Assembly: GCA_011109175.1 (NCBI GenBank)
Contig: RDEW01000005.1
Span: 1,908,238-1,972,237 of the forward strand
DNA from: Dicyema japonicum
Taxonomy: Eukaryota > Animalia > Dicyemida
Reading direction: 5' to 3'
DNA: 64,000 nucleotides
In this document: piece after piece, positions 13,208-26,477 of the stretch
Layout: every line of letters begins with the position of its first letter
Numbering within the stretch: the stretch's first letter is position 1
Program-made: the position numbers and the translations under genes
Notes under the pieces: model-generated
What the model was told of the DNA's origin: nothing
What the model saw: only the letters and a program-made list of their open reading frames with translations
Databases searched by the model: none

Positions 13208-13929
13208 ATTCTTGGTTTTAATCAAGATTTTTGTTTTTTTCTTCTGTTCCCATTTTGAATAGAGTGGCGTCATGTGTCAACCTGTTTCAGGTGGATACCA
13301 GTACGAGGGAGGCATGTAGAAGGATCATTTTCTCTCCCCCATCCACTGGAGGGGTTCCCAAAACTGCAGGGAATTGATATCTACCTGTTATGCTGATTCT
13401 GGAAGGACTTGTGAAGGACTCTGTTTCTTTGACAGTGGGAACTGGATACACTTTATTAGTTGTTAAATTTTAACCTCTTTCTCGGTGTATCCGGGGTTAA
13501 TAATAAAAGGTGAGGGTTATTGGTACTCAATCATTTTTGAGGATCTCAACAATAGTGCCCTGTTTTAGAACTATTAAGATTTCTCCATTATTTTTATATT
13601 GGAAAATGTTAACGAATTGATCTCATCTTAAAATTTGTACTATGCTTAAGAACCGAGGGCGTGCCCGTGCGACAACGAGTATCCAGTTATACGGCCGATG
13701 AGTGCTCATGTGGGCTCAAGGAAGGAGTATAGGGCCATACTAATGCCTTTGTTAAAGCGTGCTGGGATCACGTGATTAGTTAGTTTGGTGATCCCGAGGT
13801 CTTATAATTTTTAGTTTAATTAATTTCATGCGGAAGAAATTAAAGACTGAGTTAAAATTCATTTTAGTTCACTAAGAATCATGAATCAAAGTCGTCTTCT
13901 TTAACATTTTATTGACTTATGTAGGGTTA

Positions 13930-16330
13930 ATAAAAAATAATAGGACACAACAATTAGATGATTCTCTATAATATCCACCTCGATATTCTTCTCGGGGTTT
14001 CACACACTCTCTGTATGCTCTCGGCACTCCCAGATACTTGTGAGGAATAAACCGTGGGAGCTCTTTCCTAAGAGGTTGGTTCATCAAGAGCTGGAAAACT
14101 TCTACAGACTGTTAGCAGTTGGTGGTTGGATCTTCTTTAGCTTCACTTTAGCATGTTTGTTCTCCACAAGACTCAATTTTAGCTAATAGTTGGTTCGATA
14201 TATTTGATTTATAGAGAACTTAGTTTCGAGATGAATAAAGTCTTGTAGAAGTCCCTTTATTCGAGAGGAAATTGACAGTGACTTCCTATATTTCCACTTT
14301 GTATACGGGATTTGTTTTTCATTAAGAGTTAGAGGTTGTTCAGAGTTGGTTATCCCTCTGTTCATGGCAAATATTTATTCGCATAACTTATTTTGCTATG
14401 GAAAATAAGTTTGTCTCTTATCATTTGCTTAACATGCTGAACAGATTTTACTGATCCAGATTTTTCGGACTCTGAAAGCGAGGATTATTTCCTGTATAAG
14501 CAAATTAATGTATTATCGAATTTTGAGCGGGGAGGTCAAGAGCTGAACAGACCAGGTAACAAGGATGACATTCTGTTACACGTTTTAGATAGAAATTTTG
14601 ATACGGACTTAGTTGTCTATGGTAAGACCCTTCCTATTCTCCGGATGAAAAAAGTTGCAAGTCGTCCGATATCTGAGCCAAAGTTCTGGTAAGTATCTTT
14701 CTAGCATCTGAGTCGAACTCTTATTTACGTAGATCGAACAACTAAGGATTTTGGTGTTTAGGTTTACCCATGGAAATGAACCAGAAGATTTGTCGTAGGC
14801 TCCCCTGAAGCAGTGTTGAAAAAAGGCCATGTTTTCGTGGGAAGGATGTGACTTTCTTCTGATGCATGATGCAGTTCCCTCTTGCACGATTTTTTAAGTA
14901 GAATAGCCATTGAAGTCTTCGAGGTTAAATCCCATTATAATTTTGTCGACAGACTTTCTTCCAGTTGACATTTTTGTAGTTTTGGTTGGGATGTCTTCTT
15001 AGTGAGAACATTCCAGTTATCGAGATAAGGATAGGGTTGTTGCCGCTCGTGAAGTTGTAAAATTATGGAAGTGAGTATAAGGTCTGGTGATGTTGTACTA
15101 ACATTGGATTTTAAAATGTTCTTTTGTTCGTCATGGACTGTTTAAAAGTACTAAGTTTTCCAGATTTGCAAATAGAAAAGTTCTTGTTTTCTGGTTGATT
15201 TTTTAGCCCGACCAGATGTTTCGTGTTCAGATCTCCACATAAAAATAAAATTTGGGAATTTTTGAGGTCAACCAAGGAGAACAAGAAGTCCTTGAGGAGA
15301 CGATGTCCTGAGAATCGAAAAACCTTCACCCAAGCACAGTGATCCAAAGGACGATGTCCTGAGAGCTGAAGTCGATTTTAGAACGCGTCGCAGGGAACGA
15401 AATTGTCGCCTGGTGGAATGAATAGATGAGATGCATATCAAGTGTCACACCCAAGCTCCTTTGACATCTGTTAAAAGGGATGTCGACCTTGTTTAACTTC
15501 AAGATGACTGTCTTCCTTCCCAATCTTCTGTGCCCTTCTGGACGTTCTGATCTCGCAATGGCAAAACAATATCATCCGCATAAAAGTGTAGAACATCATT
15601 ATCAAATTCAAAAGTCGAGAGAAAGGCCAGAAAGAAGTTAAACGGAGCAAGGGATAAAGGAGATCTTGAGGGACTCTTTTGGGGAAGAGACGTGAAATGG
15701 ATTTCAGTCCTCCGAGACATACACGTTCCCTTCGTCCACTTAGGAAGTTAGTGATCCAAAGCTTGAACCGCCCTGGGATCTCCGAATAAAATATTTTCTG
15801 CGTGATAATAGTGTATCCGACTTCCTATGCTTTTTGTGTGAAATTTTTGTGTAGAATTTTATCAAGTTGTTCACATTTTTTTGAACATAATCATCCTCTG
15901 TTGAAATTTCATCGCTTTTTGCCACATTGCGAATAGCTTTCCACACCTTTCCCGTAGTGCGATTTATATTTATCATTGTAAGCACAAGATTCCACTTTAA
16001 CCTCTTGAGCTCTTGGGCCTTTATTTCATTATTCAATGTTCTGATCCGGAGTTTCATATCCAAGGTTATCCGGTTAGATTTTTTAAGGTGATTTCTTTCT
16101 TTAATCAAGGCCGTCTTCCCTCGACCACTCGACGAATTTAAGTAATGTTTGGGTATAGCCTTTGATCTTGCTTCCAAGATTATTTGGGTAAAGCAACTGG
16201 TGGCATTCTCCAGAGAACTGAAGCTATCCAAGTAACAATTCTTCATTTTATCTTCTGAGATTTCGCGATACAATTTCCAGTTAGCACCTTTGTAATTGTA
16301 GCTGCTAGGAATTGTCCTCATTTTAATCAA
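13930..16330 (-). mobile_element. Nested/rearranged LINE fragments
   Basis: Linker 'YKGANWKLY' (15740-16330), RT 'SPLSLAPFNFF...FYADD' (15499-15720), post-RT 'SLGVTLD' and APE 'LCGDLNTKH' (15111-15347), found out of canonical order and broken. Confidence 0.75.
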
Positions 16331-16419
16331 TTATTGAACTCTAATCTTAATAATATGCAAAAATTTATTAAATAAATAATCAATAGCTCTAATTAAGTCA
16401 TTAGATTATCTCCAACCTC

Positions 16420-16830
16420 CTTTGATTGGAGCCACTACTCAGCTCATTCATTACACAATCATCCCCACCGTCGTTTAGCTGGTAACTTGTGGTTCCATGA
16501 GCGAGTCCAGATCTTCCTCTTCTAGGTCAAAAGACTTTCGTTGGATGACTTCACCAGCATCACTCTCTCGAAAATCCAATCCGTGCGATGCTCCACTAGC
16601 ATACTTTCCTCTTGATCGTACCAGATTGAATATATGCCATTGAGAGTACATATAGTCAAAACATCCATATCTTATAGAATTTACGTACAATTCCCTCATA
16701 GGTCAACACAATATGAATAATTCTAACGTCGCAATGTATATTTGAGACAACTCTTTAGCGATGAGGTCGTATTTGTAGAGTTTTTCCACTTTAACTACCT
16801 TCAGCATCTCCTGAGAAGTGATTCCACATT
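16420..16830 (-). mobile_element. R4/NeSL-like (REL endonuclease) non-LTR C-terminal remnant
   Basis: 'EKLYKYDLIAKELSQIY' followed, after a frameshift, by 'VLTYEGIVRKFYK...AYIQS', typical of REL-type element C-termini. Confidence 0.55.
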
Positions 16831-17000
16831 TTTATTTAATTTTCAAAATATTATTATTTAACCGCGAAAAGGGGAATGCCAAGAAAGGAGTTAAACCACC
16901 TTATCAAATGCTTCCGGTAGAATGAAATATATTTTTTAATTATTTTTCAATTTAATTTATTTAATTATTGAAATTATTTTTAGTTAAAAATAAATTAATA

Positions 17001-18405
17001 ATGCTTTTTGTCCTATCGTTACTATGTCTTATTGAAGGCAAAGAACAGAAAGGTTTTATTAACCTCGATAATCAGTAAATCTATTAAATCATACTTTTAT
17101 AAAGAATTCCGGTCTTTAATATTAACTTGGATGAATCTCCGAAGGAAAGATGGAAGGAATTGCTTCTTGCGAAGAGAGAAGAAGTAACAGAAAGATTTGG
17201 CATTTAGATCCTGGCCCTCAAACGTTATTCCGATCATTTGATTTCATCTTTTCCATTTTTCGGGAGAAAAATATTAAAATTAATTCAAAATTCACAGGTA
17301 GTTGAAATACAATATTTGAGCCTCCTTTAGAGAGACTTCCGAATGATTACGGAGAGGAAATTTACTGGGGGAGTAAATATATTGGATCAACTCCAGGTAT
17401 AAATTGATGATAAATGAAGGATATTTATTCTTTCTTAATTCATTAATGGAATTGACGACATTTTGTACTTCACTGGTGGCTGAGGATTCCAACGGAGGTT
17501 ACCGTGAATTACCTTAATTATTAGAACAGTTCTTTGCTAGAAGCCTTGATTTTGGGATTCTAGGGTACTTTTAGTTAATAGTTTAAGATATAATATCAAA
17601 AAGCACTTGTTCCCTATGACTGATCTTATAAGGAACATCACCGTGGTCACACACTTTACAAGAAATGGAAAATATCTATACACGGCAGTTACTCCCGCTG
17701 GTTTTTTCGGGGTGGTCACTGGATTTAAACCAGTCTGACACGGAAATAATTTGTAGGGAAAATTTGCTTTGTCAATTAATCAACGAGTCGAGCCTCTGAA
17801 ACAGTTACCCGGAATTTTGGGTATCAACGTATAGTAGCTTTAGATTTTTACAAGTGGCTAAAACATAAATTCGATCAAAGAAAATTTAGTGTCTTTCTCC
17901 TAAGGGAAGTTTTGGATACTTGTGATACTTTCGACCAAGTTATAGAAATACTCAAAAATACAAAAGTCGTAGCCCCCTGTTACTTTATTGTCGGATCCGT
18001 CAATTCTTCGCAGTTCATTGGTTCACTAACTTTAGGGTGCTGTGGTTACGAAGAAAAGGAATAAGAGTGATGTTTGGATGATGAATGACACGACTAATAT
18101 TGGACGTCCCTGGTTTATTTTGCAGACCAACTACGATCACAATCTATCTCCCTTATTCTTTGACGACAGGAGATACAAAGGGTACGAATACATGCGAAAC
18201 TTGACTCCAAGTGTAATATGTTTGTTATATCAAGAATGTCGGGATTAATAATTTGATGGATTTGATGAGCATGAAACCTTTGAGGAATAAAGTATTCGTT
18301 ATTTCAACTTAGCTTACAATATATTCGTTTATCATGAATATTCGGAGTGGAGATATTCAAGGGAAATTTCAGTATTGCAAGGAGGATGACTGTCCTCTGT
18401 TTTAG
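17001..18405 (+). CDS. ASAH1: Acid ceramidase (Ntn hydrolase); one missing G near the intron at 18013-18035
   Basis: Signal peptide, 'IPVFNINLDESPKERW', catalytic 'FCTSLVAED', 'ARSLDFG', 'VAPCYFIVG' and 'WFILQTNYDH...DDRR'; introns of 21-30 nt. Confidence 0.9.
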
Positions 18406-19319
18406 TCCTTCTCTAGTCTTGATATTTTTGGTTTAATTTATGGTTTTGGGCGTTACTCTGTGGTTTTAGTCATGTGAGAGGTGGGACTGCATGATAAATT
18501 GTTCACTAGGCGTCACACGTGACTGGTGATTTTTAAATATCATTGCCACATGTAAGTTCTGATTCGTTTTTCTTCAGTGATGACTAAATGTGTTGTTGTG
18601 GTGGAAAGCTGCATTGAAGAGAGAAGAAAAAGACATGAACACGAGGAAAGTTGTACCCACATAAGCACTTATTAACTGTTCATTATGAAACTATGTCAAC
18701 ACGTGGAAACTAGGACTGGCTGACCTATTAAGGACGTGGAAACTACTTTCTTCTAGGATGCGTTAAAATCTCAAAGTTTCAGCATGCGTGCTTGATGTTG
18801 TTCCCCTTATCTCGGCCTGTGCAAAAAGACAAAACGAAGCCATTACATTCTTACCTTCTGACCATGAGTCAATCTTTAGCTTAATCTCGAAATTTCGTTC
18901 ATCCAGTCGATTTTTGTCTTCGAAAGGCAAGCTGTCATAATGGCACTGAGAGGTCTGTTCTCATGCATTCGCGGCGAAAAAAATTTACAAATTAATTTTT
19001 GTGAATTAAAAAAAGGTTCTCCTCATTGGGGTCATATACGAATTATGTTCAATAACAGATTAACTGCTGAAATTCAAATTCCTCTCTAAAACGACTAAAT
19101 TAACATTTTGGCAAAATCAATCTTCCCGTCATTCGCATAATGCCTCACAACACTAAGATATTGTTTCAGTATCAAATTCCCGCCCATCATTACACATTTT
19201 ATTAACAAAGGAAAATCACTCATTTTCTTTATTAAAGCGATTCTTTCTTGTCTCCTTCTATACAGTCCGTCTAAACACTCCCTTGACCACGTGTTATTCC
19301 CTCTTGAATTATCCTAATG

Positions 19320-19545
19320 ACCACTTAAAGAAAATATGATATGTTATGTTGTCCAATTTAGTCGTGTCCGACCCTTTGAGATCTCATGAACGAGTTTCCT
19401 CCACTCTCCCCGATCCGTTGCAATTTGGAGTAGCCTTGATATAGGCATTCCCGTGATGTCTTCCACCGTGGATAGCCACCGATTCTTTGGTCGGCCAGGT
19501 CTTCTCTTCCCAGTAATATTGCTCAGCATAATGGTTCTTTCCAGT
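19320..19545 (-). mobile_element. RTE (BovB-like) 3' end
   Basis: 'GKRRPGRPKNRWL...ATDRGEWRKLV...RTRL' followed by a short simple-repeat tail. Confidence 0.75.
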
Positions 19546-20029
19546 GAATTAGAAATTTGAAGGATATTTCGACCACGTGGGCATTATTCATACGACAAAT
19601 CAACCTAGCTAATCTGATTAGTGAGCAAATAACTGAAAAATACATTTTATCACCTGTATACCGCTTGGTTGTATTTAGTGCCATTTTATTGCTGCTTTTG
19701 AAAAAGAATACAACATTGAAGGAATCTTTTCAGGTTTTGATACTTTGGGGATATTGCTTACTCACTTTTCAACATTTTAATGTTTACCCTTGAGTGAGTT
19801 TGAACCACCGTTGAATCCATTCGTCATTGAACTGTTAGGGGATAGGAAAATCTGTAATAAATTTTCTAAGGATATTCTTTACTCCACGAACACGATTAAC
19901 AAGGAATGGTACAGTTTCTCAATTTCTGTGTGCAACTCAATGAAGTATCGAGAAACCACAATTGAAGACGCTGAATCATCCATCTCAGAAACAGAACAAA
20001 CAGTATTAAGATGATTATGAAATTATTCC

Positions 20030-22070
20030 AAAGACCAAGGGTAAACCTGACGCATGACAGTAGAGCCCTCATCCAAGCACAGTAATCCAGAGGATATTGT
20101 CCTGGAAGCTGAATTCGAAGCCAGAACTCGTCGTCAGAAGCGATATAGTCTTCTGATTAAAGAAATGGATCCCTTTGAATGTCTCTAGGCATTGTGCACC
20201 TCCTGAGTATGGTGAATAATCATGGAATTGACTCAAGCTGTTGAACAACATAATGTCGAAACCTTAACATTTGGTTTTTGTTCAGATTTATGTTACTGTC
20301 TATTTTTTGGTTCGCTTCCGAAAAAGTAGGTCAAGTAAAATAAACTAATACACTTTGAAAATTGGATTTCTCGGATTTTTACACTCATTGGAGATCTCCG
20401 TGAGCGCTGCTGATCATTTGAGCGAATCTCGCTCGTAATCCTGGAAAGAAATAACCATGCAGTCAGGTCGGATATTTAATTCGAGATTTTTGAGGTTTTT
20501 ATGTTTTATCGATTTTGATGTCAGGTTAGAGAAATTTCTAGGGTTATTAAATTTATCATTATTATTACCCAAGGATCACTGGGTCAAATAGAAAGAAATA
20601 TAAGTTTTCAACTAAGTGATCCCAGACCGACATGGGAGAAGATGAGTGCGGAGGGGTATAGAAACCTGTACAGCTCTTCTCATTGGACATGGCATCGGCT
20701 CAAACTTTTTACATGTTTGTAGATATTTTGGGTCGGATAAATTGTTCATAAACTGTGGCAAGGCTCCCAGTTTGGTCTCTAAGTGTTTTTGAGAGTACTT
20801 TTAAAATTCTCATTTTCTTCAGAGCAGAAGTTACTTTGTTCTCAACATATTGGATAAAGAAGAGTCCTGATCAAAGGTGACTCTCAAAATCTTTGATGTT
20901 TTGTTAATTGGAATATCTCGTTCTTCATAAGGAATATTGGTTCGACACAGTCTTTTGTAAGTGGTAAACAGCATGACAGAAGACTCTGTTGCTGATATGT
21001 CGAGCCTCCCCTTTGAGAGCCATAGTTCCAGATTGTCAAGCATTTGTTGGGCGGACTGGTCGCTGATTGAATGTTTCTTCCCTTGGAGGCAAGAATGATA
21101 TCGTCGCCATAGGAGAGGATTAGACAGTTTTTTATCACAGGTTTGTGGCATGTCGTTATGTAGATGTTGAAAAGTTGAGATGACAGTGGGGAGCCTTGAG
21201 GGAATCCATTTGGAAAAAAGCGAGATCACGATTTGATAACTTGAAATTGTCTTCCATTTCTGAAGTTTCCAAGCAAAGTTCGAGTGGATTTTCGTTTCAA
21301 ATATTTTTTAAAGGAATTTCATGGGAACTGAGGTGATTGCTTTTGTGATGTCCACGGATGTAAGTAGTGTCCTTTGATGGGGTTTAGGGGAGTTAAATCC
21401 TTCCGCAATGAATTGTGTGAGGGTTGTGAGGTGGGTTGTGGTCGAAAAATTACTCCGGAATCCGTGCTGGGTCGAAGGTATTGAGATTGAATCTTATACC
21501 TTATCCAGAACAAGTCTTTCAAGGATCCTTCATAGATATTGGGCGATAGGAAGATGGTTCATTGATTTGTTCGTTAGTTTTTTGAATAGATTTGATCAGA
21601 GACTTCTTCCATATTTCAGGAATTATATTCGTGTTGATGGATAGGTTGAAGATATAGGTGCTTCAGTTGTCTGGTCCTTTGGCCTCTGAGTTGTAGGCTT
21701 TGGATATGACCCTGCGGGCATCCTGGATAGTAAAGAGGATTCAGTCATCGGATTGTTTCGGTTCTATCTTTTTCAGGAATACTTGGTGTTCTCTTGAAAA
21801 CTCGTTGTAGGAGATAGACGTATAATATTTTATCAGGCTGTCGGGTTTGATGTAGACTCGCCTTTTCTCTCTGTAGAGGATCTTTTGATGTTTTTGGCCC
21901 ACTTTCAAACTCTTCATTGTAGGGTTCCTGCAAGAACCTTCAATAGTCTCCTCCATCTATTTGCATTTTCTACCTTAATGTTCTCGTCGTTCTCTCTGTT
22001 CAGTTCTCATATTTTTCTGATGTTTTCTTCTGTTGGCGATTTCACCATCTTTGGATTATTTCGTTGATGA
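20030..22070 (-). mobile_element. Degenerate LINE RT/endonuclease fragments
   Basis: RT 'LILSYGDDIILA', 'SKILRVTFDQ' and a C-terminus 'NILWITVLG' homologous to 15326-15523; includes a second LINE 3' end at about 20570-20740 that is homologous to 54900-55060. Confidence 0.75.
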
Positions 22071-22904
22071 CGTACTTCTTTTGTACTTCCTGTACTTTCT
22101 TTTTGCAGCGTTTATGGTGGAGTTGAACTATTTCACTTGTTCGACAGAGGGAAAAGTGGGGAAATTTAAGACTCCAATGCAAGAATCGACGTACTACTTG
22201 AATCCTCTCCAGATCGAAAAGCTGTATTTAATTATCGTCGGACACTGTCCTTTCATCCATGACCTCATTTTCACATCCAAAAATATTGGATTGTGGTCAC
22301 TCCATTAAATTTGATACAAACGATTGATCACACAACATAATTTCCTCTCACGATTCCAACGGAAAGAACTGGATGAGTGACTAAATTTAACGGAGATAAT
22401 TGTAGACTAGTTCAACAAAATGTCCCAGGCTCTTGAGGAAAGACAAAGACTTCTTGCTTATTGTTAGAGCAATTCCACAGAATATGAAACGGTATTTTTC
22501 TTATTAGCCTTCTCCACCTTACTGTGACATCTATACTATTACGCACAAAATTAAACAACTATGTAACAGTAAATAATATTCAATGAGTTTACTGTTTAAT
22601 ATTATTTACCAAACTTTATTACCAAACTAGTTAATCAATTTTATTAGAATTAATAAACTTGAAAATTAACCAGTTATATTTTCATCGTCAAACAGCTTAA
22701 TATTAATGGAAAAATAAATTCGATTTTTAACAACTAAAACGGAAATTAGAATTAGAAAATATGGAATTACAGCATTTAAATATAAAAAATAAGTTAAATA
22801 AAAATATTAATTTAATTTAAAAATATAAATAAATAATAAATAATCAATTGTTTGGAGTGGTTGATAACCTAATTATAATAATAATTTATACATCTATTAC
22901 AAAA

Positions 22905-24695
22905 ATGGAGCTTACAAATGGGGAAAATGCGTTTAAAAAATCGACAGAAGCTCAATTGAAGAGGATGAAATCTAAAACTACTTTTAGACCACTTTCTAAA
23001 CCAGTTGTAACAAACGACGAAAAATTCAAAAGGTTAGTCTTTGATTGACGCAAAACAGCCATGATTCTTTGCTTTTCATAAGCCAGATCCATGCGAGTGT
23101 TCAGGAACACAAGTTGAGGAACCTCTTTTCCCCTTATGCTGAGGTATTGGGTCTCCGATTGATCTCGAAGGAAAACAACAGGAAGTTCTGGTCAAAAATT
23201 AACTAATTTGTAGTTTCATGAATGTGAGGGACCAAAAGCAAGCAGAAAAAATCATTTCCACGTTTGATGGGTACTCCTTGAATGGTCAGAACATCCATAT
23301 TTCCTATTCACGTGAGAAGAAGACCGTCCCAGCAGCCAATGTGAACCAGGATGACCTCAACGAACCACAAAGACCATCGAAATTCTACCAAAATGAACAT
23401 GCGCTTTCCCACAAAGTTTCAAAATTTTACGAAAATAATGAAAGTCCATTCTCCCCCAAAGTTTCAAAATTCTACAAAAGTGAAGAAAGTCCACCCTCTC
23501 CCAAAGTTTCAAAATTCTACAAAAGTGAAGAAAGTCCACCCTCTCCCAAAGCTTCAAATTTCTACAAAAGTGAAGAAAGTCCACCCTCTCCCAAAGCTTC
23601 AAAATTCTACAAAAGTGAAGAAAGTCCACCCTCTCCCAAAGCTTCAAAATTCTACAAAGGGGATCCTCCACAACCCGCGTGGATTTCAGAAGCATCGCGA
23701 TTTTACTTAGATGATAGTCGAGTTTCTCCTCCAAATTTGTCAAAATCTCATATTGATGATCCAAATCCTCTGAATTACTTGAAAAAGAAGACGTCCCAAC
23801 TCCTGTTGATCTCGGAGGCGTATCCGTTAATATTGCAAATTCTCAATTTGGGTCTCAGAATAACATGGGTAGCAATTTGTCCAGTGATGTAAATTGTGGA
23901 ACGGGAGTTTTGAATTTCCAAAATTTAGAGAAACCTATATATTACGACATAGATTTTGATAGGAACTATGTTGTTACTCCCTTGAAAGAGGATGAACCAG
24001 TGGTAACGACCCCAGAAACCGAAGAGCCTGAAAATAATGTTTTATATTTCGAAAATATCGAGTACGAGGATAATTCCGTTGATTTCGACATGCACAATAG
24101 AGATTGCGGAAACTTTTCGATTGTGAGTGATGCCAAGAATGAGCTTTTTTATGAAGATTCCACGAAAGTGGTGGATACTCAGGATAAGTTGTTTTATGAA
24201 GATCCAAACAAACTGGAGGATACCCAGAATACACTGTTTTATGGTGATTGTGCGAAAGTGGTGGATACCCAGGATGGAAATTCTGAAAATGCGAGGGATC
24301 CCTGTACAGAATTTTCGGAGACTTGTGGTGTCTTGAATTTTTATAACTGCGAGAGTGAAGAATCATTCAGTAGTAATGGATCTTTCAGGTATCGTCCGGT
24401 CGATTTTGATTTGGAATTTGATGACAATATTTCCCCCACCTATATAGACTCTTTGCATCAGCGAAATAATGTGGAAGACGCTGATTTTGGCTACAATTTC
24501 AGACAAACACCCTATGAGAATGGTTGTGGGCCGTTTCAATATACATTTAACGATGCTGATTTTCTTAACGAAGATGATATTCTAAACTTTGGTGATTTTA
24601 ATTCTCCCAACGACGATGATGCTTCCAACTTTGGTGATTTGAATTTTCTTAACGAAGATGATATCCCAAACCGTGATGATTTGGATTGTGCATGA
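22905..24695 (+). CDS. Lineage-specific RRM protein with basic SP-rich tandem repeats and an acidic repeat tail
   Basis: Two tiny introns join an RRM ('LLFISQIHASVQEHKLRNLF...FCFMNV...FDGYSLNGQNIHISYS'). The two large ORFs overlap and join by a -1 shift at about 23763 (or are two genes). Confidence 0.65.
23375..23660 (+). repeat. 39-nt coding tandem repeat (SKFYKSEESPPSPK[V/A]), about 6-7 units
   Basis: Unit tcaaaattctacaaaagtgaagaaagtccaccctctcccaaag(t/c)t is visible directly in the sequence. Confidence 0.95.
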
Positions 24696-26477
24696 TTGTT
24701 TTTTAAATAATTATTGTTTAATTTTTTTAAATGGATTTAATAAAAGTTTTACATAGTTTAGTGTATATTTTGTCTTTTTGAGTATTAAAAATTAAAAAGG
24801 TTTTAGAAAATAAAAGTTAGGTAGCTTAAATGGCCATGCTGTTTTCTCTGACGATAGCTATCGGGATACGCTCTTGAAGCCATCCAGTCACATGTGGATC
24901 CTTGGTGACCCTTGGATCATTGAGCCGAGCTGACGGAATAGACTGTCAGCTTAAATTCCTGAAATGGAACAAACAAGTGATCCTCTGTAATGCTTCGGTA
25001 CCTCATTCTCTTCTGCATTAAAAATACAGTGAATCCTCGCAAATCGGCCACATTTCGAAAAACTTTCCAAAAAATGATATTCTTGGCCAAGACGATATCA
25101 AGAAAATTAATAAATAATCTTTTACTGAGAAAGACACAATTTTAAAAAATTCTAAAAGATATCAACCGTCTTTTGCCGTTTTTAAAACGTAGACCAAAGT
25201 TTCTGAAGCTTGAAGAGAAGTTGGTGGAATGAATGGAGATAGTAAAATCTAAAGGTATCTTATCGATAAATCAATTTTATTGGTTGACCACTACAAACTT
25301 AGAATATATAAAAATATTGTTTCTTCTTAAAATTTAACAGACGCGTGTGATTTTATATGACAGACTTATTTGAAACTCACAATATTTCGATATACAATTT
25401 TTTGACTTCAGACGATAAGGTCTTTTTGTAAAAATGACTTGGGAAGTCGTATACGACGAGACAATTGTTTCAGAGATTTTGTTTATCAGAATTATTGATT
25501 TTATTTTTTCAAATTTGCAACAAAATTCTAAAAATCCAAAATGACCGATTTGCGAGGATTCATTGTAATAGGTGAAATTGTTAATAACTACCACAAAGGC
25601 CAATTCAGTTTTTTTTATTTGAAAATGACTCTCTCATAAAGTATATGAAAGTTTGGCTAAATTCATTTTGCCTATTAGAGGAGTTAGTGGAAATTATTTG
25701 TTCCTCCCTATTTGGTTTGATTATTGAATGCACAAAAAAGTAAAGAATTTGTTTTGTTTGGGATTAAGAATGTAATATCTTCAAAGGCGTAGTTATTTTC
25801 TTTATAGTAAATCTCTTTGATCTCTTCTAACGTTGGTAGACCATAAACTAAGTAAGCATATATAACTCGACTTTAGAATATTAACGATCAAATTAAGTCG
25901 CGATTAAGATCAGTTAGGCTGGTGTCGTGATTTTCTTACAAAAAATCCATGACTTTGATGTCGGTTATTTCCAGTCCTAGTAGGTTGTTATCAAAGCGAA
26001 TTGTGCTGCTAGTAACTACTTATTCCCCTGTTCCTTCTCATTTCAGACATGTTCCTCCAATTTGAGTCGACGGTATGCATCTGATGTTTCCATATTTCAA
26101 AATTTCAGATTTCCAATGTCTCCTAAGTTTATTATGGAAAACTAGATGTTATACTCACATTGAGTTGATGAAGGCATTAAGTGCACAAGAGCTATCATAC
26201 GTTCTAACGTGAGTGGATTAGATCAGTGTTTCTTCAACCTTTTTTTCGGATCGCCCCTATGAAAAAAATTTCTCCCTGTCAATAATTTATCGCCCCTTAT
26301 AATAACTATAGCTAGTAATGCTATAATTAATTGGTATTTTTTATTAAAAAAAATTGTTAATGTAACCATTGACCTAGGGAAGGTGCTCTATATTGGGATT
26401 CTTTTATTAAAGAGCTACTCTGATGTCCCCTTTTTCGCAGATACTTAAATTATTCCCTTTCTTATCATATGGTTAAG

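Noticed and set aside
17292-17719. Minus-strand ORFs of 60-66 aa (and similar antisense ORFs at 5435-5620, 7619-7915, 23357-23764 and 59609-59827)
   Set aside because: These are antisense shadows of real genes (ASAH1, TRAPPC1, TPCN1, the RRM gene and the TGF-beta receptor).
18900-19260. Possible integrase core ('CNDGREFD') on the minus strand
   Set aside because: Only one short motif amid many stops; insufficient to call.
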